64,000 bases of DNA from assembly GCA_016930835.1 (NCBI GenBank), contig JAFGGA010000133.1:10343-74342 (forward strand). Reading direction: 5' to 3'. Shown piece after piece: positions 10,862 through 20,743 of this stretch. The stretch is from Deltaproteobacteria bacterium. GTDB taxonomy: Bacteria > Desulfobacterota > DSM-4660 > Desulfatiglandales > HGW-15. The notes below the pieces were generated by a model that saw only the letters and a program-made list of their open reading frames with translations, was not told the DNA's origin and did not search any database. The position numbers and the translations under genes are program-made. How positions within the stretch are numbered: position 1 is the first letter of the stretch; each line of letters starts with the position of its first letter.

Positions 10862-10970
10862 TGGTGTCCAAAATCAATTCAATTTGAGCTTTTTGCATAT
10901 TTAGGTTTTTGTTTTTCAATAACGCCCATAACAGGTTTCATTTCAGATTTCCCTTTTTATCGATTTGGGA
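10862..10970. repeat. Family B 5' module, copy 1 (abuts the U32 start codon)
   Basis: By manual alignment 99 of 109 positions are identical to 12592-12700, in the same orientation. Both copies are preceded by cat (ATG on the minus strand). Confidence 0.85.
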
Positions 10971-11175
10971 AAAGAGATCCCCGTACCCCTGAAAACCGGT
11001 TTTGTACACGCCTGGTTGAATGCAATGGATAATATCGCTCTCTGGTCTAGAGGTTAGGCATGGAAGAAGGTTTACGGTTTATGTTTTCCGGGAAAAGGAT
11101 CTAAAAGAATATGAGATTCAAGGCAGTGCCTTATACCTTACGCTATACGCCTTGTACCCTGGGCCTTCAGCCTTT

Positions 11176-12045
11176 TTAAGGGAGCCCCGCCCTCGGCACA
11201 TCAACCTCAAGCATCTCAATCTGACCCACACGATCCTCTCCACCAATGAGGGATGTCATGATAAATAAGGTCTTTCCATCAGTACCGCCCAGCATACAGG
11301 CATAAGGCCTTTTTTGGGGTTTAATACGATGGGTGATCTCTCCACCCTCACGCACCCGCAATACCTCCGAGGCGGCGTTTGGTGACGCAACCCATATACA
11401 CCCCTCGGCATCCAGACAAATACCATCCGGGATGACGCGCTTCATTCGTGTAGGACGGTCCGTTACGATTCCAAGGTCATCGAATTGTGCCCAGACACGA
11501 CGATTCGTAAGAGAGCCATCCTGTTCAATATTGAAGGCCGTCAGTCGCGCCGCGAAGGTTTCAGCCATGATCAAGGTTTTTCCGTCAGGCGTGACCACGC
11601 TCCCGTTGGGAAACGCCATCTCTTCGGCAACGATCCTCGCCTCGCCGGTCGGTGCCGCTAAAACGATATTTCCCATTTGAAAAGGTTCTTCAAATATGAC
11701 AAACCCCATATTCCCCACGAAGGCCCGGCCGTGTTGATCCACCACCATATCATTACAATAAGATGTTGCCAGCCGGCTCAAGTCGGCAAACTCGGTTAAT
11801 CCGTTATCATTGAACCTGAGCAGGCGGCGATCGATCATGGAGACGATCAACAAGCTTTGATCCGGTAGCCAGCCCAATCCCGAGGGTTGATTTTCTACTT
11901 CAACAACCGTTTCGAGATTGCCGTCAAGGTCGATGGTCATGACCTTTTTTGCCTCAAAATCCGAAAACCACAATCTGTTACCATGCCAACGAGGGCCTTC
12001 AGGGAATCCCAATCCTTCGATGAGTATTGCTGTTTCATTCGTCAT
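11176..12045 (-). CDS. SMP-30/gluconolactonase/LRE family protein
   Basis: GLGFPEGPRW at the N-terminus and a beta-propeller-like repeat pattern. Confidence 0.8.
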   Translation of the reverse strand: MTNETAILIEGLGFPEGPRWHGNRLWFSDFEAKKVMTIDLDGNLETVVEVENQPSGLGWLPDQSLLIVSMIDRRLLRFNDNGLTEFADLSRLATSYCNDMVVDQHGRAFVGNMGFVIFEEPFQMGNIVLAAPTGEARIVAEEMAFPNGSVVTPDGKTLIMAETFAARLTAFNIEQDGSLTNRRVWAQFDDLGIVTDRPTRMKRVIPDGICLDAEGCIWVASPNAASEVLRVREGGEITHRIKPQKRPYACMLGGTDGKTLFIMTSLIGGEDRVGQIEMLEVDVPRAGLP

Positions 12046-12069
12046 TTGGATAGACCCCTCCTTTTTATT

Positions 12070-12558
12070 TCAAAGTGTATAAGACATGAAGGTTACGAGA
12101 AAAGGTAAATGGGCAAACTCTTGGGTCGCCTTCTCAATAAATCCCATTTTTTGATACCAATTTTTTAATTCTCTCTGTTTTTCAATAATACCGATGCTGA
12201 TTTTCTTTACACCTATATTTCTTGCTTGGTTGAATACATGTTCAACAATGGTTCGGCCAAACCCCCTTTTTCTCAAACCCGGCAAAACCGCAAGCCGCTC
12301 AAGATAATATTGATCAGGATCAGCTTTTTCAAGGCCCACGCATGCAACAGGGATACCTTGATGTTCAAGGATATAATAGATTACACCACTGTCAAAATCA
12401 TTTTTGATCCAGTCATCCACACAATTGGAAGGATGTTTGGGACAATTTTCAGCGGACAGATTGAATCGTTCCGCTACATCGCGGAAAGATTCGCGAATCA
12501 GGCGGGTCAATAAAGATGTATCTTGTGGATCGGCCGTTTTAATATGGGTATTATTCAT
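12070..12558 (-). CDS. GNAT family N-acetyltransferase
   Basis: Contains the acetyl-CoA binding segment LAVLPGLRKRGFGRTIVEH. Confidence 0.8.
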   Translation of the reverse strand: MNNTHIKTADPQDTSLLTRLIRESFRDVAERFNLSAENCPKHPSNCVDDWIKNDFDSGVIYYILEHQGIPVACVGLEKADPDQYYLERLAVLPGLRKRGFGRTIVEHVFNQARNIGVKKISIGIIEKQRELKNWYQKMGFIEKATQEFAHLPFLVTFMSYTL

Positions 12559-12591
12559 ATTCGGTGATCATTGCTTAATACGTTATCTCAT

Positions 12592-12700
12592 TGGTGTCCA
12601 AAATCAATTTCATTCGAGCTTTTTGCTTATTTCGGTTATTGTTTTTCGATAACGTCCATAACAGGTTTCATTTCAGGTTTCCCTTTTTATCGATTTAGGA
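12592..12700. repeat. Family B 5' module, copy 2 (upstream of GNAT gene)
   Basis: Direct repeat of 10862-10970. Confidence 0.85.
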
Positions 12701-12701
12701 A

Positions 12702-12963
12702 GGGGGTACGGGGATCTCTTTTCAAGTCCGCCACCCAAAAGCCAACGTTGCCTTTTACCCGCCCCCATCGCTGCGACGAATGGAATTGATGGCAGGCACA
12801 AAGAGCAAACGGCGCTTAGGCAACCATGCTTTTTGGGGCTGCTGTGATGTATGCAATATTTCGGTGCCCTTCGACTTGGCTCAGGGCCATGAGCTTGTCG
12901 AATGGCCGTCCCATGACCTCCTGACAAATGGTGGCGGACTTGAAAAGAGATCCCCGTACCCCC
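12702..12963. mobile_element. Foldback/MITE-like insertion with perfect 34-bp terminal inverted repeats around a 194-nt core
   Basis: 12702-12735 (gggggtacggggatctcttttcaagtccgccacc) is the exact reverse complement of 12930-12963. Copy 1 of module B carries only a single arm at 10972-11000. Confidence 0.7.
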
Positions 12964-13141
12964 GAAAACCGGTCTTGGACAAGCATGACGTTATCTTTCA
13001 AAACATTCTAACAAAATCGAACATAGATGTCGAAACATAGTGTCTTTTATTTCATTTAATCTATAAGAGGTAGGGAAAGGGGAGAAGAAAAGGGCGGTTA
13101 AGGATTGTTTCCTCAAACGCCCCTTTTTATCAGGGAATATT

Positions 13142-15559
13142 TCAGCTATTGGCGGCTATATCCATGTCAACATGCTCGACGCAGTGGAGTAAGCCCACTT
13201 CCAATGCCTCGTCAATCCGTTCCACCAGGATGAATTCCAGATCATTCCTGACCTCTTCAGGTATATCTTCCAGATCGCGCTCATTGCGCTTGGGAAGAAT
13301 AACCTTTTTTAATCCCGCCCGATGGGCCGCCAAGACCTTGGTCTTGATACCTCCTACCGGAAGGACCCTGCCTCTTAGAGTAACCTCACCGGTCATGCCC
13401 ACATCACTGTGGACCGGGCGACCGCTGAAAAGACTGGCAATGGCCATGATCATGGCTACACCAGCGGAAGGTCCATCTTTGGGAATGGCGCCGGCAGGCA
13501 CATGGATGTGGATGTCCGTTGTTTCAAAAAGCGCGGCGTCAATACATAATTGTGAGGCCTTGCTGCGTACAAAGCTATGCGCAATCTGGGCGCTTTCACG
13601 CATCACATCACCCAGTTGTCCTGTCAGGGTGAGTTGGCCTTTACCTTTCATACCGGTGGCCTCAATAAAAAGGATATCTCCACCAAAGGCTGTCACGGCC
13701 AAGCCGGTCGAAATCCCGGGGATCTCAAAGGCCTCCGAGATGTCGGATTCGAATCGCTCTTTTTTCAAAAAATCCCTCACTCGCTGGGGTGTGATCTCGA
13801 TGGCCGTGGGTTCACTGCCCACGATCTTCACCGCGCTCTTCCGGCATACTGCCCCAATCTGACGTTCCAGATCCCGCACTCCCGCTTCTTTGGTATAATC
13901 CTGAATGAGTTTTTTAAGCGCTTCTTCGGTGAACGCGATCTCACTTTCAAGAAGGCCATTGGCCTTGATCTGCCGGGGGACCAGGTATTGCTGGGCAATA
14001 CGGACCTTTTCAAACTCCGTATAACCATCCAGTTGGATAATCTCCATTCGATCCCGTAGAGGTGCCGGTATTGTCTCCAGGTTGTTGGCCGTGGTAATAA
14101 AAATAACCTCACTCAGGTCAAAATCCAAATCCAGGTAGTGGTCCCGAAAGGCGTGGTTTTGAGCCGGATCCAATACCTCCAATAGGGCGCTGCTCGGGTC
14201 ACCTCGCCAGTCGCTCCCCACCTTGTCCACCTCATCCAGCATAAAAACGGGATTTCGGGTGCCCGCGCGTTTAATGGCCTGGATGATACGACCAGGCATG
14301 GCGCCTATGTAAGTGCGTCGATGACCACGAATCTCGGCCTCATCGCGCATCCCTCCAAGGCTCATGCGAGTAAATTTTCGACCCAAAGCCCGAGCAATAC
14401 TATGCCCCAGGCTGGTCTTACCCACTCCCGGAGGACCGGCAAAACAGAGAATCACACCCGCGCCGTTTATGGCCTTTTCTTCCTCCGTTGCGGGTTCAAC
14501 CCCTCGTTCCTTGATGAGTTTGCGAACGGAAAGGTATTCAATGATTCGTTCCTTGACTTCTTGAAGATCGTAATGATCCTCATCCAAGACCTGTCGGGCA
14601 TATTGAATATCATTTTGGTCTTCACTGGATTCATCCCAGGGAAGTTCCAACAACCAATCCAAATAGGTCCGGATCACGGAATACTCAGGGGAATGGGGAG
14701 ACATCTCTCCCAGGCGTTTGAGTTCCCGTTTCGCCTCTTTTTCAGCCTCTTCAGGAAGTTTAGCCTTTTCGAGTTTTTCGGTGTATTCATCAGATACCGA
14801 TTCTCCCTCTTCCTTTTCTCCCAATTCTTTTTGAATAGCCCGAAGTTGCTGACGTAGGTAATAATCTCGCTGGGCTTTATCCATTTCTTCACGTGCCTCT
14901 GTCTGGATTTTTTTGCCCAGGTCAAGGACCTCTTTTTCATGGGTCAAGTGTGAAACCAAGGCCCGTAATTTGTCCTTTAGATCGTTCATTTCCAGGATCT
15001 CCTGGGCTTTGGATACTTCCAGGTTTGAATAGGTGGCCACTAGATAGACCAATTGACGCGGATCCTGTATCTGGCTCAAGAATCCACCGATTTCTTTTGG
15101 CAACTGGGGTGATAATTCCACTACCTCTTGGGTTAATTCCAGTAGGCTTCGATGTAACGCGTCCAGTTCCAGGTCTTTTTCCATCAAATCTGGCAGATAT
15201 TCAATCTTCGCTCTTAAATAGGGCTCGTTTTGTACCCAGTGGTCTATCCTGAATCGTTCCAATCCTTGAACCATAATATGAAGATTATTATCAGTATCTC
15301 GCCTAACCCGATCTACCTTTACCAGGGTCCCCACTTCATAGATTTGATTTGGTTGCGGTTCTTCCACACTGCCGTCCTTCACGGTGACAAGCCCGATGAT
15401 ATGATCCCCTTCCAAGGCATCCGTGACCAGCTTGACGGATCGTTTAATACCCACCAAGAGGGGAACGATAGATAAGGGATACACCACCGTGTTCCGTAAA
15501 GGAAGTATGGATATCTCATTTGGGAAATCTTTTATGTTGAAATCATTATCCTTGGACAT
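13142..15559 (-). CDS. lon: Endopeptidase La (ATP-dependent Lon protease)
   Basis: Walker A GPPGVGKTS, the protease serine motif DGPSAG, and an AAGGAG RBS. Confidence 0.95.
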   Translation of the reverse strand: MSKDNDFNIKDFPNEISILPLRNTVVYPLSIVPLLVGIKRSVKLVTDALEGDHIIGLVTVKDGSVEEPQPNQIYEVGTLVKVDRVRRDTDNNLHIMVQGLERFRIDHWVQNEPYLRAKIEYLPDLMEKDLELDALHRSLLELTQEVVELSPQLPKEIGGFLSQIQDPRQLVYLVATYSNLEVSKAQEILEMNDLKDKLRALVSHLTHEKEVLDLGKKIQTEAREEMDKAQRDYYLRQQLRAIQKELGEKEEGESVSDEYTEKLEKAKLPEEAEKEAKRELKRLGEMSPHSPEYSVIRTYLDWLLELPWDESSEDQNDIQYARQVLDEDHYDLQEVKERIIEYLSVRKLIKERGVEPATEEEKAINGAGVILCFAGPPGVGKTSLGHSIARALGRKFTRMSLGGMRDEAEIRGHRRTYIGAMPGRIIQAIKRAGTRNPVFMLDEVDKVGSDWRGDPSSALLEVLDPAQNHAFRDHYLDLDFDLSEVIFITTANNLETIPAPLRDRMEIIQLDGYTEFEKVRIAQQYLVPRQIKANGLLESEIAFTEEALKKLIQDYTKEAGVRDLERQIGAVCRKSAVKIVGSEPTAIEITPQRVRDFLKKERFESDISEAFEIPGISTGLAVTAFGGDILFIEATGMKGKGQLTLTGQLGDVMRESAQIAHSFVRSKASQLCIDAALFETTDIHIHVPAGAIPKDGPSAGVAMIMAIASLFSGRPVHSDVGMTGEVTLRGRVLPVGGIKTKVLAAHRAGLKKVILPKRNERDLEDIPEEVRNDLEFILVERIDEALEVGLLHCVEHVDMDIAANS

Positions 15560-15826
15560 GATCTTTTTTCTCCTTAATTTTTAAAGGGTTATAAAAAACA
15601 CTCATCCTATACCCTTAAAATCTAGTGCATATTTCTAAATTTGGATGCTGCGTGTTAAAGAAAAGATAACAACGAAAGGAGGGATGTAAAGACCTGAGAG
15701 GGATGGTCTTTCATGGATATTTCGGTCAGTCTCAAAAATAAGGTTCACGGCTCATGGCGCATGGTGAGAAAATAAAAGCCTTCTTGCATAGACCTTGAGA
15801 GCCTTACGCCATAAGCCATGCACCTT

Positions 15827-17041
15827 TTATTCATCTACCCGGATAATCGCACAATCTCCCTGTGCCAGGCCACCACAGATGGCGCACACGGCATAACCGC
15901 CGCCGCGCCTTCGGAGTTCATACATGGCGGTCATGAGGATACGGGCACCACTAGCTCCCACGGGATGGCCAATCGCAATGGCCCCACCGTTTGGATTGGT
16001 TTTTTCTAAAATTTGTCGCCATTTGGTTTCATCATGATTGGCTAAAATTTTTGTGGATACCAGGGTGACGGCGGCAAATGCCTCATTAATCTCAATCACT
16101 TTCATGTCATCGATGGTCAGATTAGCCTTTTTGAGGGCCTTCTGGATGGTATACCCCGGTAATTCCGCCATGGTGCGGGGGGCGCTCGCGGCACTGGCCA
16201 CACTCACGATGGTGGCCAGAGGTTTAATGCCCATTTCTTCGGCCTTGGACCGCCTCATGAGGATAACGGCGGCAGCACCGGCATCCAACCCGGGGGCATT
16301 CCCGGCGGTGACGGTGGGGCTACCATAGATGTTTTGCAATTTTGCAAGACCCTCTAGGGTGGTATGGGGTTTGGGGAATTCGTCTTTGCTAAAAATAATG
16401 GGACTGCCCTTTCTTTGAGGGACTTGCACAGGGACCAGCTCATCCTCAAAACGGCCGGCTTGATCGGCCGCCAGCCATTTTTTTTGGGAACCTAAGGCCC
16501 ATTGGTCCTGTTCTTCGCGGGATATGCCGTGTTCAACGGCTATTTCACCGGCATCTTTGCCAAGGGGGGCATATTCCCGGTAGGTAATCGGGTTTAGATA
16601 GTCTTGAACCAACAGCGGGGCCATCCCGGCACCCCAACGGTGTTTGTTAATAAGCAGAGGGGTGTTGCTCATATTCTCGGCGCCAACGGCCATACATATA
16701 TCCGCCTCATCCAATAATATAGCCCTTCGGCCGAGCTGAACGGCCGTCAGGGAAGAGCAGCATGCCCTGTCTATGGTTAAGGAAACCACTGAATCCGGGA
16801 TTCCGGCCCTTAAAAGGGCCTGTCGTCCATTTACATTGTCAAATAAGGCCGCCTCTGCTTGGACGCACATCCCGTAATAGAGTTCATCGATATCCTCACC
16901 TTTTAGGCCTGCTCGCTTGAGGCTTTCTTGAATAACCACCACACCCAGATCTGTGCTGTGAATCTCGCGCAATGTCCCGCCGAATTTGCTGAACGGCGTT
17001 CTGACGCCACTGACAACGACAATATTATTCCCATTACCCAT
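15827..17041 (-). CDS. Acetyl-CoA C-acyltransferase (thiolase)
   Basis: NIVVVSGVRTPF, the active-site context RACCSSL and the C-terminal GGLAQG motif are present. I trimmed the start to ATG 17041 because the N-terminal extension in the track runs across a terminator. Confidence 0.9.
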   Translation of the reverse strand: MGNGNNIVVVSGVRTPFSKFGGTLREIHSTDLGVVVIQESLKRAGLKGEDIDELYYGMCVQAEAALFDNVNGRQALLRAGIPDSVVSLTIDRACCSSLTAVQLGRRAILLDEADICMAVGAENMSNTPLLINKHRWGAGMAPLLVQDYLNPITYREYAPLGKDAGEIAVEHGISREEQDQWALGSQKKWLAADQAGRFEDELVPVQVPQRKGSPIIFSKDEFPKPHTTLEGLAKLQNIYGSPTVTAGNAPGLDAGAAAVILMRRSKAEEMGIKPLATIVSVASAASAPRTMAELPGYTIQKALKKANLTIDDMKVIEINEAFAAVTLVSTKILANHDETKWRQILEKTNPNGGAIAIGHPVGASGARILMTAMYELRRRGGGYAVCAICGGLAQGDCAIIRVDE

Positions 17042-17136
17042 TGATTTAGTCCTTTTTGAAATTGGCTTTGTTTTCAGACATCCGTAGCTTTTTGGAAAAA
17101 GGAGATTAACAAATAAGTATAGCTGTGACAAGCATG

Positions 17137-17175
17137 AAAAAACCGTGGAACCAGATGATATGAGCGGTTCCACGG
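17137..17175 (-). terminator. Rho-independent terminator/attenuator between the HADH/ECH gene and the thiolase gene
   Basis: On the minus strand the stem ccgtggaacc...ggttccacgg (10 bp) is followed by U6. Confidence 0.6.
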
Positions 17176-17214
17176 TTTTAAAATAAAACCCCATTCTAAT
17201 TATTTTAGCAAAAA

Positions 17215-19251
17215 TTATTTCCCTTCATATTTTGGGGCCGCTTTCCCTACGCTGGTCAAACCGGTCAGGGCGTCCTTTGTGGAAAATATCTCATTCAAAT
17301 GGGCCAGTTCCTCTTTGAGGCCTTCTTTAAGCGGCTTTTCGAAGCCCTTATCGATGATGTCATTGGCGAATTTCAGGGCCAATGGCGCCTTGCTGGCAAT
17401 GATCTTCGCAGTCTTTGCCGCCAGAGGATCGCTATTATCAAGATACTTACCGCTCAGCCAAGAAGCTATGTTTTTATCAGCAAAGAATTCTTTGAGCTTT
17501 CGCCAGTCTTCGGGCAGTGCTGCGGCGTCTTTGCCCTTGTTAGGTTTTAGTTTTCCTTCGGCAACAAGCGATTTGATCTTTGATTCGATCTCATCCGGCG
17601 CAAAGACATGGTCCACAAGCCCGATAGAGTTGGCGTCGTTCGCTGAAATAACTCGACCTGTAAAAATAAGGTATTTGGCCAATTCTTTTCCAATAAAACG
17701 GCTGGTCCTTTGTGTACCGCCCAGACCCGGATATATGCCGATACCGGTTTCGGGAAATCCCATAACAGCCTTGGGCGTGGCGACAATCACATCCGTGGAT
17801 AAGGCTAGCTCAAATCCGCCACCCAAGGCCAGACCATCCATCTTGGCTATGACCAGTTTCCCGCTGTCATCAATGCGGTTGAGGACATCCTGCCCATAAG
17901 AAGTGAAGTGATAGTTCCGATCCAGCCGGTTTTCTTTGATGCAGTCAACAAAAAATTTGATATCGGCACCGGCTACAAAGGCCTTTCCGGCCGCTTCAAT
18001 GATGATAGCCTTGGTGTCGGGGTCGGCCTCAGCCTTGGTAAATGCCTCATCAATCTGTTTGACGATGGTCTCATTGAGGGCGTTCATGGCATCGGGACGG
18101 GAGATCATCACCCGGCCGATGTCGCCGTCTTTGGTGTATTTCACGTATCGAAGGTCAAAGGGTTTGCCGGCCTTGTATTGGGCTTCCAGGACCCCTGGTA
18201 TCTTATAATCCGGCCATGCCTTTAATAGGTTCTTGACCTGGTTGTATGCCTTTTCCACGCCAATTTTGTTTAGCAATTCAAACGGGCCGATTGTCCAGCG
18301 AAGACCCACCTTGGCCCCCAGGTCCGTATCCGTCATATCCGCCACGCCTTCTTCATAAAGGGCCGTGGCCACGTAAAAAATGACGCCTAATAATCTGTCC
18401 GCGACCTGCTCGAATTTGCTTTCATCCACTTCTCCATCCAAAGGCCAGAGTTCTTTTTTTTGGTTTTGCGCCTTAAGGATTTCCGAGGTGGCATAAAAGG
18501 GGCCGAATGCCTGGGCCAGTCCGCTGGTGGCATGACAGGCGATGGGGATGCCGGTAACATTCATGAGCTCAAATGGCCCCATGCCGATACCGAATGCATT
18601 TTTGGCGGCTTTTTCAATGGTTGCAATATTGGCGACCCCTTCTTCCAGTAACCGTGTGGCTTCATTGAGCCATGGCACAAAAAAACGATTTACGGCAAAT
18701 CCACCGGCATCCTTTACGATGATATCGGTTTTTCCGGTTAATTGAGAGTACTCCTTAGACGCGGCCACGGTATCCGCAGATGTTTCAGGACCTGGAATGA
18801 TCTCCAGGAGCCTATTTTTGGCTGGATGATAAAAGAAATGGAGACCGATAACCCGATCTCGACGCTTTGTGCTCTGTGAGATTTCGTCCACAGACAAGGA
18901 AGATGTATTGGTGGCAAAAATCGTCTTTGGGTCGCAGATTTTATCCAGCTCGGCGAACAGGTCCTGTTTGACCTTCAAGTCTTCAAAAATGGCCTCGATC
19001 ACCAGATCGCAGTCCTTGACTTCATTCTTGTCGGTTGTCCCGTGGATACGACCAACAATCTCATCGGCCTGTTCCTTTTTGATGATCTTTCGTTCAACGG
19101 CCTCTTTTAATGTCGATTTAATGGTGTTCATTCCTTTTTCCACAAACTCGGGCTTGATGTCCACCATCACGACGGAAAGGCCCTCCTGGGCGGTTTTTTG
19201 TGCTATGCCGGCCCCCATGTTTCCGGCCCCGATAATTCCAATTTTTTTCAT
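17215..19251 (-). CDS. Fused 3-hydroxyacyl-CoA dehydrogenase / enoyl-CoA hydratase
   Basis: N-terminal NAD fold IGIIGAGNMGAGIA and C-terminal crotonase fold (FVAGADI, GGGFELAL). The ATG at 19251 lies 8 nt after AAGGAGG. Confidence 0.9.
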   Translation of the reverse strand: MKKIGIIGAGNMGAGIAQKTAQEGLSVVMVDIKPEFVEKGMNTIKSTLKEAVERKIIKKEQADEIVGRIHGTTDKNEVKDCDLVIEAIFEDLKVKQDLFAELDKICDPKTIFATNTSSLSVDEISQSTKRRDRVIGLHFFYHPAKNRLLEIIPGPETSADTVAASKEYSQLTGKTDIIVKDAGGFAVNRFFVPWLNEATRLLEEGVANIATIEKAAKNAFGIGMGPFELMNVTGIPIACHATSGLAQAFGPFYATSEILKAQNQKKELWPLDGEVDESKFEQVADRLLGVIFYVATALYEEGVADMTDTDLGAKVGLRWTIGPFELLNKIGVEKAYNQVKNLLKAWPDYKIPGVLEAQYKAGKPFDLRYVKYTKDGDIGRVMISRPDAMNALNETIVKQIDEAFTKAEADPDTKAIIIEAAGKAFVAGADIKFFVDCIKENRLDRNYHFTSYGQDVLNRIDDSGKLVIAKMDGLALGGGFELALSTDVIVATPKAVMGFPETGIGIYPGLGGTQRTSRFIGKELAKYLIFTGRVISANDANSIGLVDHVFAPDEIESKIKSLVAEGKLKPNKGKDAAALPEDWRKLKEFFADKNIASWLSGKYLDNSDPLAAKTAKIIASKAPLALKFANDIIDKGFEKPLKEGLKEELAHLNEIFSTKDALTGLTSVGKAAPKYEGK

Positions 19252-19507
19252 TTCCACAACCTCCTTGCTTATCTTTTTTGCCTTGATTGGATTATTTTTG
19301 ACATGACATTGAACAATCGTTTTGGATCACTTATCGTACGTCAAAATCATTTGTTCATTTTAGCACTACCTATTAAGGTCTCTTTGTTGGATTCAATCCC
19401 CGACCGCTATGGGCAGCGGTGGATCAAAACGAACATTAATCACATTCTAGCTATAAAATGACTGTAGAATAAAGATGCTTCCGTAGTCAAGGGAAAAAGG
19501 CCGACGA

Positions 19508-20698
19508 TTAGGTGCGGTAGTCGGCATTAATGGATACGTACTCATGTGTGAGGTCACAGGTGATCATGGTATATTCATGGTTACCTTGATTCAGGTCGAT
19601 CGTGAGATGGAATTCCTTGTTGTGCATATTTTCAGCCGCCTTTTTTTCCTGTTTAGGCCCAAGCCCCATACCTTTTTCCACTATTTGGATATCATCGATC
19701 CAGATGGATATGCCTTCTTCTTTCATGCTGATGTTGGATCTTCCCAAGGCAGCCAGGATTCTTCCCCAATTAGGGTCTTGACCGTAAAATGCCGTCTTGA
19801 CAAGACTGGAGTTGGCCACGGTCCTTGTCGCAATATTGGCCTCTTCCTCTGACGCCGCACCTTTCAACCGGATATGTACCACTTTGGTGGCTCCTTCACC
19901 ATCCCTCACAATCATGGCGGCAAGTTCAATCCCGACCTGATTCAGGCCTTTTTGAAACATCTCCAGATCTTGGGCATTCATTGTTCGATTTGCAGCCATA
20001 CCGTTTGCCAGGATTAGGACCGTATCATTGGTGCTGGTGTCCCCATCTACCGTGATGCGATTAAAGCTGGCTTCAACCGCGGTTGAAAGGGCTTTTTTTA
20101 AATCATGGACGTTTATACGGATATCCGTCAGGATAAAACAGAGCATGGTGGCCATTTGGGGCATGATCATGCCCGCGCCCTTTGCGATACCTAAAATATG
20201 ATAGGGTTTGCCGTCGATCATTCCATCAAACCGGCTCATTTTTGGAAAGGAGTCGGTTGTCATTATGGCCTTCACGGCCTCGGTGAATCCTTCTGGAGAT
20301 AGATTTCGGACCAGATCGGGAATTGCCTTTTGGATCAGCTCTATTTTGAGCTGTGCCCCGATAACGCCTGTTGAAGCCACCAGTATTTCATTGGATTGAA
20401 TACCCAGTTCTTTGGCCACCAGGTCAGCGGTTTGCCTGGCATTTTCCATGCCCATCTTTCCCGTGCATGCATTGGCATTTCCGGCGTTGGCGACGATGGC
20501 TCGCGCTTTGCCAATATGAATATGATCCATACATAAAAGAACAGGGGCTGCCTTGACCTTATTGGTTGTGAAGACACCGGCCGCCACGGCCTCCTTATCG
20601 GAAAAGATCAGGGCCAGATCAACGGTATTATTTTTCTTCAACCCGGCCGCCACGGCCGACGCCTTAAAGCCTGGAATGGTGAATGTATCTGTTTTCAT
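19508..20698 (-). CDS. argJ: Bifunctional glutamate N-acetyltransferase/amino-acid acetyltransferase
   Basis: The autoproteolysis site context ATMLCFILTD and full-length ArgJ similarity. Confidence 0.95.
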   Translation of the reverse strand: MKTDTFTIPGFKASAVAAGLKKNNTVDLALIFSDKEAVAAGVFTTNKVKAAPVLLCMDHIHIGKARAIVANAGNANACTGKMGMENARQTADLVAKELGIQSNEILVASTGVIGAQLKIELIQKAIPDLVRNLSPEGFTEAVKAIMTTDSFPKMSRFDGMIDGKPYHILGIAKGAGMIMPQMATMLCFILTDIRINVHDLKKALSTAVEASFNRITVDGDTSTNDTVLILANGMAANRTMNAQDLEMFQKGLNQVGIELAAMIVRDGEGATKVVHIRLKGAASEEEANIATRTVANSSLVKTAFYGQDPNWGRILAALGRSNISMKEEGISIWIDDIQIVEKGMGLGPKQEKKAAENMHNKEFHLTIDLNQGNHEYTMITCDLTHEYVSINADYRT

Positions 20699-20743
20699 TG
20701 TGTTTTAACTCAATCTTTGTTTTTATTCTTTTCGTAAACCTTT

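Noticed and set aside
11020-11268. 82-aa plus-strand ORF and a tRNA-like string (ctctggtctagaggttaggcatgg, ~11037-11062)
   Set aside because: The string resembles a tRNA D-arm (GTCTAGAGGTTAGG). No acceptor stem, anticodon arm or GTTCRA T-loop can be drawn around it, so it is not a tRNA gene. At most it is a degraded fragment. The ORF overlaps the end of the SMP-30 gene and repeat DNA.
12673-13040. ORFs 12673..12927(-), 12780..13040(+), 12816..13001(-)
   Set aside because: They lie inside the foldback element and its inverted repeats, and they are mutually overlapping on both strands.
13149-13862. 237-aa ORF on the plus strand (also 13577..14059, 14321..14857)
   Set aside because: It is entirely antisense to the well-supported lon gene, has low-complexity Ser/Pro/Arg-rich composition and no RBS. 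It is a typical shadow ORF.
15560-15826. Search for a heat-shock (CIRCE/sigma-32) element upstream of lon
   Set aside because: I could find no TTAGCACTC-N9-GAGTGCTAA-like inverted repeat and no convincing CTTGAA/CCCCAT pair. Only 'aaggc/ccttacgcc'-type low-complexity repeat motifs are present.
17279-17899. 206-aa plus-strand ORF
   Set aside because: It is antisense to the HADH/ECH gene, with no recognisable motifs. It is a shadow ORF.
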